From Podarcis liolepis (taxonomy: Eukaryota): DNA of 64,000 nucleotides. How positions within the stretch are numbered: position 1 is the first letter of the stretch; every line of letters starts with the position of its first letter. Below the pieces are notes generated by a model. It was not told the origin of the DNA, made no database searches, and was given only the letters and a program-made list of their open reading frames with translations. Shown here piece by piece: positions 37,058 through 48,007 of the stretch. A program made the translations under genes and the position numbers. The stretch lies in assembly GCA_965112155.1 (NCBI GenBank), contig OZ218101.1, one strand, 5' to 3'.

Positions 37058-37249
37058 CACTGGGAGGATATGGGGAATTTCCATCCCAAAGCAAATACCA
37101 ACTTCAGAGCAGGGATTTTCCTTGGAGATGTTATTCTCTGGATCACAGATCTACTGGTAGAAAGTACCTGACATTGCATGGGAATTCCTAGAAACAACAA
37201 CACAATGCTCATATGCTGTCAACTGTTCCATTGTCACATATCAGGGGAA

Positions 37250-37432
37250 CATAGGAATCTAGGAACATGAGAAGCTTGATGCTGAGTTAGATCATTGGTC
37301 CAGCTGGCTCAGTAGTGTCAACACTGACCACTAGAGGCGCTTCAAAGTTTCAGTCCATAGACATTCCCAACCCTACCTGGGATTTTCTGTATGCAAAGCT
37401 GATGCTCTAGCACTGAGCTATAGCCCTTTCCC
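37250..37432 (-). mobile_element. Squam3-like SINE
   Basis: Homologous to 3013-3205. Confidence 0.7.
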
Positions 37433-39998
37433 CAGGGTCTGGATTCAAGCCTATAGCAACAGGCCTTAAACCAATTACCTACTGACCTTAGAAATGTGAA
37501 GCAGGGAGTTGGCCTCTGCACCGCAACACAGATTTAATTAAAGGTGGGAAATGTGGGAAGACCAACCACACCAGCCAAGGAGGCATCCTTGTTTCAAGAG
37601 GCTACTGTGGATCTGGTGAACATCTCAGATGCCTATGGAGAGTTGGGGTCAGACTTGCCCACTGGTTGCAGCAACCTGCTTGTGTTTGCTACAGATTGCT
37701 GTTGCCTTTAATTTCCATCTTTGCCTCCACTCTGCTCTCAAAAATGCACAGGAACCAGATCTGACACTGGAGAATGCGGCTTGTACACCAGCTGTCAGAT
37801 ACTGTCAAATGGGGACTATAATGTGTCAGATAGCAACCAATGCTGACTTCTATTGCATGTTGGCTGTCAGGTACAGTCAAATCGCGGGGAATTAAAATGC
37901 CAAAATGCCATTGCTGAACATCAAATATCCACAGATCAAAAGAGTTTTCCACAGAATATTTGCCTTCAAAAATTAAACTTTCTGAAGAGAATCACGGGCA
38001 GAAATTCATTTCCAGTTTAGATCAGCCGTGTTCGGATGTTGCTACAACAGCCAAGCCCTGCTTGGAGAAGGAGGAGCAGGCACATAGCAGCAGTATCAAC
38101 AGCCCCTTCATGAACAAATCAGGCTGAAATCTGATTCAGCATCCATTCTGATTTGTTTGTAGATTCGGAAGATGAGTCTTCATTGGGCTTATGTTATCCC
38201 ACTTTGTCCACTGCATTTCCCCAATACATTTCTCATTGCAATAGTACAGTCTTTGGTATGGGAAGTGGGCTTTTGGCAAAAAAGGAAGAAGCTCCAAATC
38301 AGCTTTAATTCTGCAACCTGAATATGTTGGTATGTGATTGAATCTCACTTGAAAATAGCACACTTTGCCCTCAGTTTTGCACACATTACTTGGCTGAAGA
38401 ACAGCATTATGAAATTGGGTTAGTTGAGCATTTTGAAGGATGACTGTGTTGCTGTTTACATATTATTTTGGAAAGTGTGAATTAGGTAGGTTCGTCTTTA
38501 AATCCTAATTGAATCCAATTTCTCTCCCATCGCTAATTGCACACGAGCTAACTGGAGCAGTGGCTCATACACACACACACTGGTATTTTCATGCGTAAAC
38601 TCTTATCAGAACCCACAATATGCAACAAAAGAGGGAAAGTAACACAAGTAGCAGAAACATCTGAGCCCATGTATGTGTGTGTCAAAGCTGCCCATTGCTG
38701 TTTCACCTTAATAAGTGCAGTGTTAATCATGCGCACAATAATTTTTGCCTACCTTTTATTCGTGGTGGGTCGGGGAAGAGAAAGGATCAAGGGAAATAAA
38801 AAGTGTATGAAGAGAGAATAATTTCCTAAATACTAACACTAGTCTTTCTGCAGAGAGATTCATGGGTCCTCCCCCACCACCACCCTGCACAATTTTTCTG
38901 CAAAATGGGATTAAGTCGAGCTGCAGCATCTGCCGTCAGCTCAAATTCCCCACCTCCCAGAATGGGTACTTGTAATTAAAAGCTTAGCTCACCTTATCCC
39001 TCCAGTTTCCCAGGCGAAAACTCAAAGCCAGCATTTAATTGCATATATATGTGTGAATGTATTTAAAATAGAAGAGAAGGAAGACTGGGGGAAAAGGGTA
39101 AAATGATGGGTGGAAATGTGTGGTACGTATTCTCCCCCCCCCCCACATAAAGAGGTGGTGAGATTTGGAGATGGCAGGGCTACTTTATTTTTACTTTCTC
39201 ATTAGGCTTTGATTTGCATAAGTCAATTGGTTGATGATTCTTTTCTGTTTACATTAGATTCTCTGGGATGGAACACCCAATTATCCAAAACAAATGACAC
39301 CCATATATTAAGTCAACAATTGGGTCAAACACTTGAAGGTTCATTCTGGGATTTATTTATTTATTTTTGTTTGGTGGGAGGGGGGTCGGCGGTCACCTTA
39401 CCCTGAGGCAAGGTGAGATGGTGGACTTCAGGTGCTATTAAGGATGGAAGATCCCCCCTGCAGCCTTATTCAAATGTGTGTGTGTTTGTGTTTTAAGATG
39501 CTCATGGGGCACAGATTGCGAGAAGCACTTTCAAGAGAGGAAACCTCGGAATCTGACTTATACAGAGTCAGACCATTGATCTATCTAGCTTAGTACTGTC
39601 TGCACTGACTGACAGGGGCTCTATAGTACTGTGCACATGCATTGAGTTCTCATTTTTTCAACAAGTTACTCTAGGGTGGTGCCATATTGGACAACAATTT
39701 GGAATATGAATGCTTAGCTTCAATTTCAAAGAGGTTGAGTGCATAGCCACTGCCAAAGGTGGCCTATCAGGTATCAGAGATGGTGAGTAGCATAGAGGTC
39801 CCAGAAAATCCTGTCTGCTTTCCAGTTCAACTAACAGACATGTGTCATAAATGAGACCAACAGTATCCTTTTGGCCTCTTGAGGGGGAGTGGTATGAGAG
39901 GACCTTCATTGTTGGTCCAGTTTTGGGCAAAAATCTAATAGCAAATGAGGATGAGCGTGTGCTTTCTGTGTTTTTCCATTTCAGTACTATACAGGCAT

Positions 39999-40347
39999 GG
40001 GACGCAGGTGGCGCTGTGGGTTAAACCACAGAGCCTAGGACTTGCCGATCAGAAGGTTGGCGGTTCGAATCCCCGCGACGGGGTGAGCTCCCATTGCTCG
40101 GTCCCTGTTCCTGCCAACCTAGCAGTTCAAAAGCACGTCAAAGTGCAAGTAGATAAATGGGTACCGCTCCAGCGGGAAGGTAAATGGTGTTTCCGTGTGC
40201 TGCTCTGGTTCGCCAGAAGCTGCTAAGTCATGCTGGCCACATGACCCGGAAGCTGTACGCCGGCTCCCTCGGCCAGTAAAGCGAAATGAGTGCCGCAACC
40301 CCAGAGTTGGTCACGACTGGACCTAATGGTCAGGGGTCCCTTTACCT
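39999..40347 (+). mobile_element. Sauria SINE, full length
   Basis: 13-bp TSD TACTATACAGGCA (39985-39997 / 40348-40360). Confidence 0.95.
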
Positions 40348-40660
40348 TACTATACAGGCAAGATACCTGTGAAATTAAATAGGTACCTAGAGATCCAATG
40401 AAACTTGCACTGTGTGAACTAGGGGCATCATGAGAAATTGAACTTGTGCATTCCTTCCCCATGAGCAGGTTTGAGTTGAGCAGAGCCCTGCTCAATGCGT
40501 GAGAAGGCTTCAAGCAGTGCTTGTTGAGCCTCTGTCTTCATAATCCCCTTTTCCTGCTCCCCACAACCAGGGCCAGTAGCTGACCTGCAGTGAAGTGGTG
40601 AGGGTTTGCGGTCTCCAGTGGAATGTGTGTGACATGATGCCATTTATGTAAATTTCCAGC

Positions 40661-40917
40661 AAAGAAGAAGAGGAGGAGGAGTTTGGATTTGATATCCCAC
40701 TTTATCACTACCCAAAAGAGTCTCAAAGCGGCTAACATTCTCCTTTCCCTTCCTCCCCCACAACAAACACTCTGTGAGGTGAGTGGGGCTGAGAGACTTC
40801 AAAGAAGTGTGACTGGCCCAAGGTCACCCAGCATCTGCATGTTGAGGAGCGGAGACGTGAACCCAGTTCACCAGATGATGAGTCCACCACTCTTAACCAC
40901 TACACCATGCTGGCTCT
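40661..40917 (-). mobile_element. CORE/MIR-like tRNA-derived SINE with L2-like tail
   Basis: Head AGAGCCAGCATGGTGTAGTGGTTAAGAG, core GGGTGACCTTGGGCCAGTCAC, (TCC/TTC)n tail. Confidence 0.8.
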
Positions 40918-41693
40918 TCCAGAAGGAAGTTTGAGCAACTACCATCACCTTCATTGCCATCCATGATGCTGTGCCCTTGGGTTGATGGGATGGGACAGCA
41001 GAGGTTAGGCACTGTGAGAGTTTTCAAGCCTTTTGTGGCTGCTCAAACTGGGAGTTTGCCAAATTTGCAGTTACCTAAGTCAGACATTTAGGGGTTGGAC
41101 TTCAGGATCTTCATGTATCCCCTAGTTAGTATAACTTGCAGAAAATGCTACATCCAAAGAAATGGAATGAGAAGAGGGCCACAGGAGGTGCAACTTCCGA
41201 GGTGCAAGTGCTTGTTGAAATTGGAGGCCAAACTCAGTGGGACTTACTTCTAAGCAGATGTACACAGGACTGGACTGTGAAAAATTGCTTGGTTCTAAAA
41301 TGACTTGGCTGTATTCAGTCTGCCCAAACAAACCAAATATTTCCCAAATCAAAGAAAATACTGGCTCAGTTACAACCACTAAAGCCAATCCGACATGCAT
41401 CTTGCAATTTCCCTCAAAATTACAACCCTGAGCATATGTATTATTTCCTGAATGCCTCTCGTCACCCAGACCTTTGCTAGTCTCTCCTCTGTGAAACAAA
41501 TCCAAACCAATTATATACATTTCATTATGATCTGCTTACTAGAACAGGAAAGCCAGAAGAGAACAGGGAAAACCTGAATATCACTGACTCAGACTGAATG
41601 TAAAACATTTTATTAGCTTGAATAATATGGCTGACGTGACCCTCTTACTGATTATTTTTTAAAACTAGCAACAATGCAATTATTAGGCTAGGC

Positions 41694-41942
41694 CAGGGGT
41701 CAGCAAACTTTTTCAGCAGGGGGCTGGTCCACTGTCCCTCAGACCTTGTGAAGGGCTGTACAATATTTTTTGGAGAATATGAATGAATTCCTATGTCCCA
41801 CAAATAACCCAGAGATGCATTTTAAATAAAAGGACACATTCTACTCATGTAAAAACACACTGATCCCCACAGTGTCTGCGGGACGGATTTAGAAGGTGAT
41901 TGGGCTGGATCCAGCCCCCGGGCCTTAGTTTTCCTACCCATG
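41694..41942. mobile_element. hAT (Charlie-like) MITE
   Basis: CAGGGGTCAGCAAACT...AGTTTTCCTACCCATG; perfect 8-bp TSD GGCTAGGC. Confidence 0.9.
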
Positions 41943-42428
41943 GGCTAGGCTGTTGGATGGGGAACTTTTTTCCTATGATGGGCTGTTACCCACAGGAAAA
42001 ACAACAACACAACTGGCAACGGTGGATGGAGCTACAGCCCAAAGTGGGAGGAGTTTGCAACATTATATGATTTTCTCTCTCCTCTTCTCTCTCACCATAT
42101 TCTTCTTTCTCTTCCCCATACTCTGTGCTACCCCACCTTTGTCTCCTACTTTCTTTATGCCCCTCATCTCACTTCTCTCTCTTCTCCATCCCTTCCATCC
42201 TGTGTCTGTGGACCACATGAAATTAAGTTGAGAACTGTAGGTTCCTCACCCCAATATAACAAACTTTTTTTTTTAAAAAAAGGCACCCTTGCCTCTTGCA
42301 AAGTCACTGAAGAGTGCAAAAGATTGACAAACAACCTTATCTCCTTTTAGTCTTTGTGTCAATATCAAAGTGATGTCCGAGCCCTGTCAGCAATGCTGAG
42401 CAGCTGCAAATTCTGGATCGAAGACGTA

Positions 42429-42688
42429 CCGTAATTTTTGCTCTATAAGACTCACTTTTTCCCTCCTGAAAAGCAAGGGGAAATATGTGTGCATCTTATG
42501 GAGTGAATGCAGGCTGCGCAGCTATCATAGAAGCCAAAACAACAAGAGGGATTGCTGCTTTCACTGCGCAGCGATCCCTCTTGCTGTTCTGGCTTCTGAG
42601 ATTCAGAATATTATTTTTTCTTGTTTTCCTCCTCCAAAAACTAGGTGCGTCTTGTGGTCTGGTGCGTCTTATAGAGTGAAAAATACGG
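42429..42688. mobile_element. Tc1/mariner-superfamily MITE related to family C
   Basis: TIRs CCGTAATTTTTGCTCTATAAGAC...GTCTTATAGAGTGAAAAATACGG, TA flanks. Confidence 0.85.
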
Positions 42689-43322
42689 TAACTACTGCTT
42701 GAGATTCCCTCACATTGGAATACCTTAAACAGGCAGAGCAAATCTATGATGATACAAGTTTTTATCTGCTACCTACTCAGGTGATTCCAGATTGTTATCA
42801 ATGAGGGGGGAAAGACATCAAAGCAAGCCCGCCTCTTTGCCTTGAGTTCAGAGTGCCGTGATGCTCCAATCCTCTTGCCGTCTATTAACTCATATGACAA
42901 GTGGGAAGGGGAGTGGGCGGCCAGGGAAGAAAAACAGCTCTGTTGGTGTGCCTGGACCCTAGAAGGGATTCCACATCAAAGAGCTTGAATGCAGAGAAGA
43001 TCAAGCCTTCACTGTTTTAAAGAGGTTTAGATGTTCACTATGAATTCTCTTTGATAAAAGAATAAAGTGCTTCTGTCCCAGCGGTGAAAAGCATCTCCAG
43101 GCTTTCACAACTGGTGATGTTTCACAACAGCCCAACATCAGGATGGCACAGCAGCCAAATCATCTCCGTCCCTCCGTAGGCATGTATGTGCTCCTGCTCT
43201 TCATTCAAAAGTACCTCCTTCTTCTTAGATGATAACCTGTGTAGCAATAGCGACTTTACACTGCCAGAATGCAATGGTGCCACCATCTGGACTGTGCAAA
43301 TGCACAATTGTTGCGTGGTTCG

Positions 43323-43466
43323 TAGAATCAGAGAACTGAAGAGTTGGAAGGGACCCTGAGGATCATCTAGTCCAACGCCCTGCAATGCAGGAACATGCAT
43401 AAGGGGATCGAACCTGCACCCTTGACATTATCAGCACTGTACTTTAACCAATTAAGCAACCCAGGC
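43323..43466 (-). mobile_element. tRNA-derived SINE with CR1-type tail
   Basis: Head with GGTTCGATCCCC B box; tail GGACTAGATGATCCTCAGGGTCCCTTCCAACTC..GATTCTA. Confidence 0.7.
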
Positions 43467-43512
43467 TGTTTGTTTGCTCGATCCTTTTGGCAACCGCATG
43501 CTTATATGGTCC

Positions 43513-43672
43513 CAGTGGCGTAGCGTGGGTTGTCAGCACCCGGGGCAAGGCAAGTAATTTGTGCCCCCTAACCCGTGGATTTGCGCCCCCTAACCCGTGG
43601 ATTTGCGCCCCCTAACCCTAACCCCCAGATGGTGCGGCCGGCCCCCACTGCACCCCCCACGCTACGCCACTG
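43513..43672. mobile_element. hAT-type MITE with internal CCCTAA-containing 22-bp repeats
   Basis: Perfect TIRs CAGTGGCGTAGCGTGGG/CCCACGCTACGCCACTG; perfect 8-bp TSD TATGGTCC. Confidence 0.92.
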
Positions 43673-44630
43673 TATGGTCCTGGCTGCAGTACCCCAAGCC
43701 TCCACCACTGTCTCTCTCAGCATTGACAGGTAACAGTAGGAAGTCCCCTGGCCCTCTGTCAGCATGCTGTGGTGGCCAGTGTTTTTGTTTTGCCCAGTGG
43801 ACCACTCACTGGCTAGCACTGAGTAGGAGACTGGACCTGGCCCCAGCTATCTTCAGGTCCATGCCTACTCTCTTTCTCACAGAGCCAGGCAATGGGACGT
43901 GGAGAGTAGGGAGAACAAGCTCACCAAGCTGTCATTTCAGTCACACAAACAGAGGCATATTTTGCTTTCCCTCCTATCAAAAGTAGGCAAGGCCACTTGC
44001 CTAATCATCTGTAGGCAGCAGCCAGCAGCTGCCACTGTGTTTTTATCAACATACACACACACACTTTAAACCACCCTCATCTCAAAGAGAGAAAAAGGGG
44101 AGGGGTGAAAGAGACTGTATCAATTTCAAAGAGGGTGTTTATTTTTGTGTTTTTTTAAAATAAAAAAAAGATTAAAGAGTTTTCTTTTAAAAATTGGAGG
44201 AGAGAGAGATAATGGGGAGCTGTTTAATTTTTTTCAAGAAAAATGAGGATAAGAGGGAGAGAATGTTTTTTAATCTTTCTGCGCTGTTAAGGGAAATCAG
44301 TTTGGAGAGGGATACAAGAAGCAATAATTATTTGGGCTGGCTGGAGAAAAAGGCAGCACAGGTAAAACAAACAACACAGGAAAATATGATGAATTCTGAT
44401 GCATTTGCAGCCAATTTCTTATAAAGAGGTAGGAAATGTTAGCCCCGACTGAATCCCATTCTCTCTCATTTCTAAGTGGGGCACCCTACACTGCTTATCC
44501 TGGCCTGCACAACACAACCTTGTGCATTTTATTATGAAATAAGTCCTAATGATTTCATTGGGACTTTCTCCCAAGTGTGTATGCGTCGCATGATCAAAAT
44601 CTTGAACATGTGCATCAAATACTGGAAGGC

Positions 44631-44817
44631 CATAAGAACACAGGAAGCTGCTTTATGTTGGCCCATCTTGCTCAGTCTTGTCTGCACTGACCAGCAGTGG
44701 CTCTCTAGGATTTCAGACAGGGTTGTCTCCCAGCCTCTACCTGCAGATGCTGGGAATTGCACTTGGGATCTTCTGTTTGCAAGCAGGTGCTCTACCACAA
44801 AGCTATGGCCCTTCCCC
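44631..44817 (-). mobile_element. Squam3-like SINE
   Basis: Homologous to 3013-3205. Confidence 0.75.
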
Positions 44818-45149
44818 AAGGAGAGGTAATGTAAGAGAACAACTCTCTTTTAAATGTTAATAGCAGCTAGGTGATTGGATTGAAACTGTGGCACTGAGGG
44901 AAAACTTTGCTGAAGGGCAGGTAGGAAATTGCTTAAATAAAACAAAACAAACTATTCCCCAATTCAGCTTTTTTTCTTTAAAAATATATAGAAACACCCC
45001 CACCCCCACCCCAGCTGCTACTTGCCCTTTGGAGCAAAAGTTACAGGTGCCCAAATAATAATAGAAAAATAAATCTGGAGACTACTAGAACATATTTTAC
45101 AAATCAAGCAGAAACCAGAATTTAAAAGCGGTAAATAGAATTCCTAGTG

Positions 45150-45187
<38 letters not shown>
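45150..45187. repeat. (GAAA)n microsatellite
   Basis: Direct reading. Confidence 0.95.
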
Positions 45188-45188
<1 letters not shown>

Positions 45189-45357
45189 CCAGGTTTTAGC
45201 TCTTGCTCAATGCTGCACAAAAAGGGCCCACGGCACACCCAGGATACTTTGGGGAAAAGGGGATTTGTAGGTTTGATTCACCTATAGAAAACAACCTTCT
45301 CTAAACATGACTAAATCTCATCCTTGTCCTTTGCCTCAGGCAGCAAAATGTATTGGG

Positions 45358-45537
45358 ATATCAATGGCTACTCATCATGTTGGCTGCGTTCGACCTCCAG
45401 GATCACAGGCAGGAAGTCTCTGAATACCAGTTGCTGGTGAACAACATCGGCAGAGGGCTATTGTCCTCATGTCTTGCCTGTGGGCTTCCTATAGGCATTT
45501 GGTTGAATACTGTGAAAAACAGGACTAGATAGGCCTG
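45358..45537 (+). mobile_element. CR1 3' UTR fragment
   Basis: Aligns by eye to 20553-20727. Confidence 0.6.
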
Positions 45538-45944
45538 GGATAAATTCTGGACATGCTAGCACTCCAGGCCTCTCTAGCCAACTCTTGGAAATCCCATTCA
45601 CTATATCCCTGCTTCATGTCTTCCTTAAGTATCTTTGCCTGACAGGAATGTATCTGTGAGCTGGGACAGTGCCCCTGACTTACCTGAAAGGAGGCTGGGA
45701 ATGTGTGTATAAAAACTAGCCTACTATTTCCAAAGCTGGGCACAATATCCATTGCCTCACACGCTTTCCTCTACAATCAACATTTTGCCCCTGAGACTGG
45801 CCTCATCCAACAACACTAATTATGTTCAGCAGGATATCATCACCTCCCAGTGTTCTCCTCACCCAACAGACCAATCAGATCTCCATTTACTGGAGCAATG
45901 TTTCGATTCAGATGCTCCCACGTTATCCACCAGACCCTCCAAAA

Positions 45945-46160
45945 TTTATTTATTATTAATTGTTACATTGATGGCCCAACTCAAGGTGGTGTCTGAGGCT
46001 CTTCCCTTCCCCATTTTGCCCTTGCAACTACCTTGTGAGGTAGGTTAGGCTGAGAGACTATGACTGGCCTAAGGTCACCCAGTGAGCTTCATGGGCATTT
46101 TAACCCCGGTCTTGCAAAGTCCACACCCAACACTCTAAGCACTATGACACACCAGCTCTC
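45945..46160 (-). mobile_element. Older CORE-type SINE
   Basis: Similar to 40661-40917. Confidence 0.6.
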
Positions 46161-47365
46161 GCCTCAGGTAGGCATAGGCCTGTGCTTGTGAACTGGAAGC
46201 ATGAGACGGCTCTCTTTGTACATCCCTGGTTGTTGGTGAACTGCAGGTGCCATATAATAGGCCACAGATTTGTTACCCCCATTCCTCAGCCTCTATGGGG
46301 ATGCAGTAGCCCTTAATTCACTCACATGTGCAAAGCCTTTCTGAGATGCTCTCACATTACAGGCTGCAAAGCATTACAGGTATTATTTGTAACTAGTCGG
46401 TTCCCCAGCTGACATTCCTCTCCCTTTCAAGATACCATGAGCTGCTCCTCTCACCAAGACTTTTATTTTATTTTTAATTCCAAGACAGTGCCAGCTAAGA
46501 GCCTGAAGGGACTGAGTGACGCCGGAAGATTAAACAGGCTAGATACATACAGTTTAGTTAAACGATGGACACAATATCTGTCTCTGAGGCTCTTTTTGTA
46601 CTTCTTGAAGCACGTTACACTGAGCTTTATTTTATTTATAATTTGTTTTTATTTGCACGCAGCAGGAGAGATACTAAACTCGCCGTAAATGTGACATGGA
46701 GACGTAGCATCGCATAGCTGCAGATGTTACATGAGGTTAACATGATGCAGTTAAACTGCTGTGTCAGAAATGCTGCCCCAGCGGGGAAATAATAACACAG
46801 CCTCTCGGAATTGGCTCACACAGCTAGTGGACACAAGGCATCCTTCCTGGCCTTGAATCTGCAAGTAGCTATGCATGTGGGGAAGAGGCAGGCACTAAGC
46901 AGCTAAGGAGTACCAGGCTGGGACTTTAAATTCTGAACCTGTTAGCAGCGCTGACAACTGGAGGAGCCTTGTCACAGAAACACCTGCAATGCCTCATTGA
47001 TCAGTAGTTGAGAAAAGGAAAGAGGAGAGGTAATAATAGGACATTAAGCCAGCATGTGCCCAATGCACAGAACCAGTAGGACGCAGAAGCCGTGGTAACA
47101 GCAACATAAACAGAAGGGAGAGATTAACTTAAGGCAATAGGGAGCACCTGGATATTCCACAATGGAGCAGGGATGCTCAAAGAATTTGGTAATTCATTAT
47201 GAACTGACCTGGCCCAATGTGCACCTTAGTTATCCTTCTTTCATATTTCCTAAATCAACTGTGCTGGTCCCGGGGGGGGGGGGGAGGTACTAATACCGTA
47301 GCCAAAGTTCAGTCCAGAGTCACTAGCAGGGTAGACGATCACTAGATGAGACGCGAGGTCCGAAA

Positions 47366-47572
47366 CAGGGAGCCGGGCGGGTGAACAGGAACGCTGGTAG
47401 GGCAGCAGCAGGAAGCCAGGCGGGGAACAGGAACACTGGTAGGGCAGAAGCAGGGAGCCAGGCGGGGAACAGGAACACTGGTGGGTCAGCAGTGGGCAGC
47501 CGAGCGAGGAACAGGAACACCGGAGAGTCGGTAGCAGAAAGCCGGGCGAGGAACAGGCACATTGGGAGTGCA
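47366..47572. repeat. 42-bp tandem repeat (~4.5-5 units) inside LTR 1
   Basis: GAACAGG(A/C)AC-initiated units at 47383, 47425, 47467, 47509 and 47551. Confidence 0.9.
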
Positions 47573-47656
47573 GATCTAGGTCTGGGTAACAGCAGGTACT
47601 CCACAACGACGTTGCTCCCGCAACCTGGGACCGGGCTGCCTGACCTTTATCTTCTT

Positions 47657-48007
47657 CTAAGGCCGGGGGCGGTCCCGGCCCCCAGGAGCCCCGCCTCTCC
47701 TGGCCTTAAGGCGAACACTCCTCCTGGGAGAAACCAGTTCCCTTCGCCTCTCTGCCCTAAGCCTCTGCAATTCAGGAGAGGCCAAAGGGTTACTGGGCCC
47801 CCGGGGAGGCTCACCTGTAGACACTGAGTCCTCCAGCACCTCTGGGGCCAGAATGGTTTCACCTGGTGCCTGCCCCTGAGGATCTGGCACAGGTGCGGGC
47901 TCCTCAGCATCTAGGCCTTGCCCCAGTTCAGCTGGCCCTGGAGGCAGGGACTCCTGTGCCGGCTGGGATTCCTCCGGTTCACTCTCAGACTCGGAATCCC
48001 AGGCCAT
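47657..48007 (-). CDS. LTR-encoded ORF, 116 aa, acidic/Pro-rich N-half and Arg-rich C-end (SPRRSVRLKAR)
   Basis: ATG at LTR nt 5; open to TAG at 47657. Coding status is inferred. Confidence 0.5.
   Translation of the reverse strand: MAWDSESESEPEESQPAQESLPPGPAELGQGLDAEEPAPVPDPQGQAPGETILAPEVLEDSVSTGEPPRGPSNPLASPELQRLRAERRRELVSPRRSVRLKARRGGAPGGRDRPRP

Noticed and set aside
47366-47572. CRISPR-like repeat/spacer appearance
   Set aside because: The 'spacers' are homologous to each other, the context is a eukaryotic LTR and there are no cas genes.
47250-47827. Several repeat-containing ORFs on both strands
   Set aside because: Explained by a GC-rich 42-bp tandem repeat; no independent coding evidence.
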